From: Christensenellaceae bacterium Phil1 | Lineage (GTDB): Bacteria; Bacillota; Clostridia; Christensenellales; CAG-138 | Length of the DNA stretch: 64,000 nucleotides | NCBI GenBank assembly: GCA_001940855.1 | Contig: MSGS01000026.1 | Coordinates: forward strand, 33,754 to 97,753 | Direction of reading: 5' to 3' | Shown here: positions 63,905 to 64,000 of the stretch, in pieces | Layout of the letters: every line of letters begins with the position of its first letter | How positions within the stretch are numbered: position 1 is the stretch's first letter | The notes under the pieces: generated by a model | What the model saw: the letters and a program-made list of their open reading frames with translations, nothing else | What the model was told of the DNA's origin: nothing | Database searches by the model: none | Translations under genes and position numbers: made by a program

Positions 63905-64000
63905 ATGGAACAAAAAAAGCCGAAAAAGCGGCATAGTCTGGCCGTGAACGGCAATATGCTCAGCGGCACCATACGCAAATGGTTCCCGCTGTTTTTGCTG
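63905..64000 (+). CDS. Sugar ABC transporter permease, N-terminal fragment (continues beyond the window)
   Basis: MEQKKPKKRHSLAVNGNMLSGTIRKWFPLFLL..., with SD AAAGGAGG upstream of the ATG at 63905. The call also rests on its position after the SBP gene. Confidence 0.6.
   Translation, partial: MEQKKPKKRHSLAVNGNMLSGTIRKWFPLFLL

Overview
The window looks like chromosome from a spore-forming Firmicute of the class Clostridia, probably Oscillospiraceae/Ruminococcaceae-like. That assignment is an inference from gene content (spoIIR, sleB-ypeB, DegV, a V-type ATPase, GlnRS plus GluRS) and a GC content that looks high-50s% by eye. Most of the window is ordinary housekeeping DNA. In order: a pseudouridine synthase 3' end; an orphan hicB next to an AAA+ ATPase; L-serine dehydratase sdaAB/sdaAA; an ECF sigma/anti-sigma pair; a nine-gene V-type ATPase operon on the minus strand; a translation cluster (ProX-like deacylase, glnS, gltX) interrupted by a complete hicAB module; a methyltransferase; an ABC exporter with a long leader; a lower-GC patch (vanZ and a nucleoside phosphorylase) full of repeats; degV; a serine hydrolase; a divergent AGCS-like membrane protein; an oppBCDFA operon; a two-component system; an M42 peptidase; spoIIR and sleB-ypeB; an MBL hydrolase; a GH13 amylase; DUF1858-queT; a DnaC-like loader; a U32 peptidase; an HD protein; ylmH; a marR plus heterodimeric ABC exporter locus; and a lacI plus sugar ABC locus. 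The most unusual element is a 7.1 kb phage-derived late-gene block at 44054..51169. It runs scaffold, N4-gp56-type capsid, adaptor, about 476-aa hub, coiled-coil BppU protein, NlpC/P60 lysin, holin. All ten ORFs are intact and tightly coupled, in P22-like order. The window contains no portal, terminase, integrase or repressor, and a promoter-plus-terminator leader precedes the block. Secondary oddities are two families of structured intergenic repeats whose stems change in a compensatory way, a duplicated terminator/promoter segment bracketing low-GC cargo, and a 9-codon uORF leader ahead of an ABC exporter. No rRNA, tRNA or CRISPR array was recognised. All calls rest on reading the translations and sequence by eye; no database search was run.
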